Shown here: positions 39,443 to 43,111 of the stretch, one piece after another | Numbering within the stretch: the first letter of the stretch is position 1 | How the letters are laid out: each line of letters starts with the position of its first letter | NCBI RefSeq assembly: GCF_006345805.1 | Contig: NW_021835023.1 | Coordinates: 1 to 43,111, forward strand | From: Octopus sinensis | Lineage: Eukaryota | Direction of reading: 5' to 3' | Length of the DNA stretch: 43,111 nt | Notes under the pieces: generated by a model | Told to the model about the DNA's origin: nothing | The model's input: only the letters and a program-made list of their open reading frames with translations | The model's database searches: none | Program-made: the position numbers and the translations under genes

Positions 39443-39479
<37 letters not shown>

Positions 39480-40325
39480 GCACATATATATATATATACA
39501 TCTATCTATCTATCTATCTATACTCTTTGTGTCTAACTATCGTTCAATTTTCTAAAAAGACTTACATTCTAACTCACACAGGTAAGGTATGCACAAAGAT
39601 GCATATGCGTCAGTTTGCGTATGCGTGTATACGTGTGTGCATGTATTTGATTGGGTCCAAGCTTTGGCATCGAGAGTTACACAAATGCTAGAACTGGGCG
39701 CCACTGCATAGTGCCAAGGACTCCAAATTTGCCATCAAGATGTAGGACAAGATACTGGGATAACCTGGGCTTCAGAGGCCCACAGCTCTTCAATATCCCC
39801 CTGAAGAACCTGACAGACCTGCATGGGGTGGATACTGATGTCTTTAAAATAAAACTGAATCTCTTCCTATCAGGTGTCCCAGATGAACCAACTTCACGGC
39901 AGGAGGTGCAGATGAGGGCAGCTGCATCGAACTCTCTCATGCACCAAATGGCAATTGCTATAAAGCATTCGTGAAGTAAAATCGTGTAGCAACACCAAAT
40001 GGCGGTGCCCCGACATGGCCACAGCTCGTGAGCTGAAACTAGGTAAAATAAAAAGAAAAATAATATATGTGTGTATACGTGCAAATCTGGTACTTACCCT
40101 CCATATTCCACCAGTTGTTGCTGCGATAGAATTCATCTGGGCCACTGACAACCGTTTCAGGAAAAAATAATCTTGTGCCAGAATACAATTGTCTCGGATT
40201 TTCTTTATGGTTGCATCGATGGCAGCATTGCTGGTTTCACCAGATTTTAGTGTCAAATCTACGGCATAGGCATGTCTGGCAACGCCAAGACAACTGATCA
40301 CAAACAGAAGATATTTGATGGTCAT
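24154..40325 (-). CDS. Six-exon gene for a secreted ~648-aa protein: signal peptide + lysozyme-like (probably inactive) domain + vWA + linker + 3x ChtBD2-like repeats
   Basis: Exons 40325-40098, 35890-35602, 31111-30551, 28388-28264, 27411-27177 and 24662-24154 join through GT-AG introns with phases 0,1,1,0,1. Lengths 228+289+561+125+235+509 = 1947 nt form one open frame ending in a stop. Confidence 0.88.
24797..25189 (-). mobile_element. SINE family A copy
   Basis: Head + microsatellite + tail, in the intron just upstream of exon 6. Confidence 0.85.
25303..25920 (+). mobile_element. ~560-bp interspersed repeat family C
   Basis: gagtgggagagcag...ggtactgcatcagggcattt, preceded by (ATT)n. Homologous to 31530, 32285 and 19377. 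Confidence 0.85.
25930..26310 (+). pseudogene. PLE GIY-YIG endonuclease fragment
   Basis: [26 protein letters not shown]...[18 protein letters not shown] parallels the C-terminal part of the 16749-17435 ORF. Confidence 0.85.
27177..27411 (-). CDS. Coding exon 5: beta-rich linker domain
   Basis: Acceptor tttgttcgtcacag|. Reads [26 protein letters not shown]...IISRRRIDP...VSFEAT. Donor G|GTAAGC, phase 1. Confidence 0.8.
27520..27830 (+). pseudogene. CR1-type LINE ORF2 3' fragment from a different subfamily
   Basis: Manual translation: [15 protein letters not shown]...[10 protein letters not shown]...[32 protein letters not shown]. Confidence 0.8.
28264..28388 (-). CDS. Coding exon 4: linker
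   Basis: Acceptor aattttgtag|, donor ACG|GTAAGA. This 125-nt exon is what reconciles the phase-1 end of the vWA exon with the phase-0 start of exon 5. Reads (A)[20 protein letters not shown]...GTIIT. Confidence 0.75.
28746..29240. repeat. 16-bp minisatellite (ataatcatcaagggag), ~30 copies
   Basis: Directly visible; located in the intron between exons 3 and 4. Confidence 0.95.
29324..29874 (+). mobile_element. SINE family A copy
   Basis: Head, long (TA)n, then tail ending ggcggtgttccagcatggccgcagtcaaatgac. Confidence 0.85.
30007..30391 (-). mobile_element. SINE family B copy
   Basis: Colinear with 17868-18255. Confidence 0.85.
30551..31111 (-). CDS. Coding exon 3: von Willebrand factor A domain
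   Basis: Acceptor atcttttcag|. Contains [13 protein letters not shown] (DxSxS), [10 protein letters not shown] and VLLTDGRS, so the MIDAS residues are present. Donor G|GTAAGT, phase 1. Confidence 0.95.
31186..31529. repeat. (ATT)n/(ATC)n microsatellite
   Basis: Directly visible. Confidence 0.97.
31530..31960 (+). mobile_element. Family C copy, 3' truncated
   Basis: Same start; (ATT)n on both sides. Confidence 0.85.
32014..32213 (-). mobile_element. SINE family D (tRNA-like head plus gaggtcgactttgcctttcatcctt core)
   Basis: Homologous to 34985-35388 and, more weakly, to 18340-18512. Confidence 0.75.
32285..32841 (+). mobile_element. Family C copy, complete
   Basis: Same start and end; (ATT)n on both sides. 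Confidence 0.85.
32891..33301. repeat. (TAC)n followed by (GTA)n microsatellite
   Basis: Directly visible. Confidence 0.95.
33691..34100 (+). mobile_element. SINE family A copy, complete
   Basis: ggcgcaggagtggctgtgtggtaag head; tail ends cagtcaaatgactgaaacaagtaaaagagtaaaagag. Confidence 0.88.
34246..34645 (+). mobile_element. Helentron/HINE-like element, second copy with an internal duplication
   Basis: Same ends as 3617-3922; inserted between T runs (ttt|actag ... aagat|ttt). Confidence 0.65.
34985..35388 (-). mobile_element. Two tandem SINE family D copies
   Basis: tacccacaaggggctaaacacagagg starts at ~34985 and ~35170; only the second copy has the full head. Confidence 0.8.
35602..35890 (-). 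CDS. Coding exon 2: rest of the N-terminal lysozyme-like domain
   Basis: Acceptor ttttatttctgtag|. Reads [13 protein letters not shown]...[15 protein letters not shown]...[13 protein letters not shown]...ELEQLD. Donor G|GTGAGT, phase 1. Confidence 0.85.
37175..37338 (-). mobile_element. SINE family A, head only
   Basis: Head module next to a microsatellite; no tail seen. Confidence 0.8.
37492..37536 (+). ncRNA. Near-intact hammerhead ribozyme motif
   Basis: TGTCG-CTGAAGA-G-GTCAC agatga GTGAC-GAAA-GATT-TC-CGGACA. Core complete; stem I lacks one base; loop III palindrome has one mismatch. Confidence 0.6.
38360..38745 (+). mobile_element. CR1-group LINE 3' end
   Basis: Continues the same family as the 20112 fragment (FGIESY.N.RTGRHC.VP...[16 protein letters not shown]) and includes the 3' UTR hairpin tail. 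Confidence 0.85.
39137..39443 (-). mobile_element. SINE family B head with a different 3' tail
   Basis: Head and body match family B down to ~39260, then the sequence is unrelated. Confidence 0.75.
39648..40045 (+). mobile_element. CR1-group LINE 3' end, second copy, antisense in intron 1
   Basis: ORF 39651-39974 reads [18 protein letters not shown]...GPQLFN...[16 protein letters not shown]; same tail as the 38360 copy. Confidence 0.85.
40098..40325 (-). CDS. Coding exon 1: signal peptide and start of the N-terminal domain
   Basis: [29 protein letters not shown]...[11 protein letters not shown]...GGIWR. Hydrophobic leader with an A-Y-A cleavage motif; donor AGG|GTAAGT, phase 0. Confidence 0.85.
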
Positions 40326-40425
40326 GGCTGGAAACGCTTTTTCGTCTCTTCGTAAACGATAAAATTCAGACAGCAGCTCGCGATCCAAAGATGATCGTTT
40401 GACAATCTTCCCCGAGTCTCACACC

Positions 40426-40433
40426 TTTATATA
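40426..40433 (-). promoter_or_regulatory. Candidate TATA box (TATATAAA) of the vWA/ChtBD2 gene
   Basis: Minus-strand TATATAAAG about 100 nt upstream of the ATG in otherwise non-repetitive sequence. An NF-Y-like AACCAATCAGA lies at 40607-40617. Confidence 0.55.
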
Positions 40434-40621
40434 ACGAAAGCTTTTCTGAGAAATACAAAGTAAAAGAATATGATCTCCTGAGGTAACTAAGAGCTATAGA
40501 AAGCAAATTTTATTGTCGTATTTCATGTAATAATAACAATGTTAATAAAAATAACAATGATAATAATAATAACAATGATAATAATAACGACGAGGATCTA
40601 TCGATATCTGATTGGTTGTTC

Positions 40622-43111
40622 AAACAAACTGCGTCAAACTATTGTATAACACAGGTTCTCGAATTGAATAGAAAACATGAATTGCAAAATTTATGATTTT
40701 CTAAGGTAAGAAAAGGTGAAATAAAATACGTCAACTATTGCATAACACAGGTTCTGAAATTGAATAGAAAAAATGAATTCCAAAATTCATGATTTTTTAA
40801 GGTAAGAAAAGGTGAAACAAAATGCGTCAACTATTGCATAACACAGGTTCTCAAATTGAATAGAAAAAATGAATTTCAAAATTTATGATTTTCTAAGGTA
40901 AGAAAAGGTGAAACAAACTACGTCAACTATTGCATAACACAGGTTCTCAAATTGAATAGAAAAAATAAATTGCAAAATTCATGATTTTTTAAGGTAAGAA
41001 AAGGTGAAACAAACTACGTCAACTATTGCATAACACAGGTTCTCAAATTGAATAAAGAAAATGAATTTCAAAATTTATGATTTTCTAAGGTAAGAAAAGG
41101 TGAAACAAACTGCGTCAACTATTGCATAACACAGGTTCTCAAATTGAATAGAAAAAATGAATTGCAAAATTTATGATTTTCTAAGGTAAGAAAAGGTGAA
41201 ACAAACTGCGTCAACTATTGCATAACACAGGTTCTCAAATTGAATAGAAAAAATGAATTGCAAAATTTATGATTTTCTAAGGTAATAAAAGGTGAAACAA
41301 ACTGCGTCAACTATTGCATAACACAGGTTCTCAAATTGAATAGAAAAAATGAATTTCAAAATTTATGATTTTTTAAGGTAAGAAAAGGTGAAACAAACTG
41401 CGTCAACTATTGCATAACACAGGTTCTCAAATTGAATAGAAAAAATGAATTCCAAAATTTATGATTTTCTAAGGTAAGAAAAGGTGAAACAACTGCGTCA
41501 CTATTGCATAACACAGGTTCTCAAATTGAATAGAAAAAATGAATTGCAAAATTTATGATTTTCTAAGGTAATAAAAGGTGAAACAAACTGCGTCAACTAT
41601 TGCATAACACAGGTTCTCAAATTGAATAGAAAAAATGAATTTCAAAATTTATGATTTTTTAAGGTAAGAAAAGGTGAAACAAACTGCGTCAACTATTGCA
41701 TAACACAGGTTCTCAAATTGAATAGAAAAAATGAATTGCAAAATTTATGATTTTATAAGGTAAGAAAAGGTGAAACAAACAGCGTCAACTATTGCATAAC
41801 ACAGGTTCTCAAATTGAATAGAAAAATGAATTGCAAAATTTATAATTTTCTAAGGTAATAAAAGGTGAAACAAACTGCGTCAACTATTGCATAACACAGG
41901 TTCTCAAATTGAATAGAAAAATGAATTGCAAAATTTATGATTTTTTAAGGTAAGAAAAGGTGAAACAAACTGCGTCAACTATTGCATAACACAGGTTCTC
42001 AAATGGAATAGAAAAAATGAATTGCAAAATTTATGATTTTTTAAGGTAAAAAAGTGAAAACAACTGCGACAACTATTGCATAACACAGGTTCTCAAATTG
42101 AATAGAAAAAATGAATTGCAAAATTTATGATTTTCTAAGGTAAGAAAAGGTGAAACAAACTGCGTCAACTATTGCATAACACAGGTTCTCAAATTGAATA
42201 GAAAAAATGAATTGCAAAATTTATGATTTTTTAAGGTAAGAAAAGGTGAAACAAACTACGTCAACTATTGCATAACACAGGTTCTCAAATTGAATAGAAA
42301 AAATGAATTGCAAAATTTATGATTTTTTAAGGTAAGAAAAGGTGAAACAAACTGCGTCAACTATTGCATAACACAGGTTCTCAAATTGAATAGAAAAAAT
42401 GAATTGCAAAATTTATGATTTTCTAAGGTAAGAAAAGGTGAAACAAACTGCGTCAACTATTGCATAACACAGGTTCTCAAATTGAATAGAAAAAATGAAT
42501 TGCAAAATTTATGATTTTTTAAGGTAAGAAAAGGTGAAACAAACTGCGTCAACTATTGCATAACACAGGTTCTCAAATTGAATAGAAAAAATGAATGCAA
42601 AATTTATGATTTTATAAGTAAGAAAAGGTGAAACAAACTGCGTCAACTATTGCATAACACAGGTTCTCAAATTGAATAGAAAAAATGAATTTCAAAATTT
42701 ATGATTTATTAAGGTAGGAAAAGGTGAAACAAACTGCGTCAACTATTGCATAACACAGGTTCTCAAATTGAATAGAAAAAATGAATTTCAAATTTAATTT
42801 TTTAAGGTAAGAAAAGGTGAAACAAACTGCGTCAACTATTGCATAACACAGGTTCTCAATTGAATAGAAAAAATGAATTGCAAAATTTATGATTTTTTAA
42901 GGTAAGAAAAGGTGAAACAAACTGCGTCACTATTGCATAACACAGGTTCTCAATTGAATAGAAAAAATGAATTGCAAAATTTATGATTTTTTAAGGTAAG
43001 AAAAGGTGAAACAAACTGCATCAACTATTGCATAACACAGGTTCTCAAATTGAATAGAAAAAATGAATTGCAAAATTTATGATTTTATAAGGTAAGAAAA
43101 GGTGAAACAAA
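40622..43111. repeat. 96-bp tandem satellite, ~26 copies, running off the window end
   Basis: Unit aaaaggtgaaacaaactgcgtcaactattgcataacacaggttctcaaattgaatagaaaaaatgaattgcaaaatttatgattttctaaggtaag. The cgtcaac anchor recurs at 40825, 40921 and 41017. Confidence 0.97.

Noticed and set aside
1180-39691. Dozens of ORFs rich in YI, HT, CV, MYVC, poly-I or poly-Y
   Set aside because: They are translations of TA/CA/CATA/AAT microsatellites, not genes.
40326-40388. Upstream in-frame start (MDRELL...) from the ORF track
   Set aside because: It probably begins at a non-ATG codon and would mask the signal peptide. The ATG at 40325 fits the leader and the TATA position better.
40622-43111. Satellite as a CRISPR array or coding repeat
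   Set aside because: There are no unique spacers and no cas genes, the context is eukaryotic, and the consensus unit has stops in all frames.

Overview
AT-rich, microsatellite-saturated eukaryotic DNA. The SINE families look like those of Octopus; species cannot be assigned by eye. One complete minus-strand gene can be assembled by hand: 6 coding exons, 40325 to 24154, all GT-AG introns with matching phases, 1947 nt, 648 aa. It encodes a secreted protein with a signal peptide, an apparently inactivated lysozyme-like domain, a vWA domain with intact MIDAS, a linker and three 4-Cys chitin-binding (ChtBD2/CBM14-like) repeats. A TATA box lies upstream, and a 96-bp tandem satellite runs from just beyond it to the window end. 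The rest is mobile DNA: a Tc1 relic, Tc2/pogo-type MITEs, Helentron-like elements, several SINE families, CR1 and R4-like LINE fragments, and Penelope-like elements (PLEs), one nearly full length. The main non-coding signal is a set of hammerhead ribozyme motifs. One is intact and sits in a 353-bp partially tandem unit (retrozyme/pLTR-like), one pair sits in a 155-bp inverted repeat, and several are decayed. All family assignments come from motif recognition; no searches were run.
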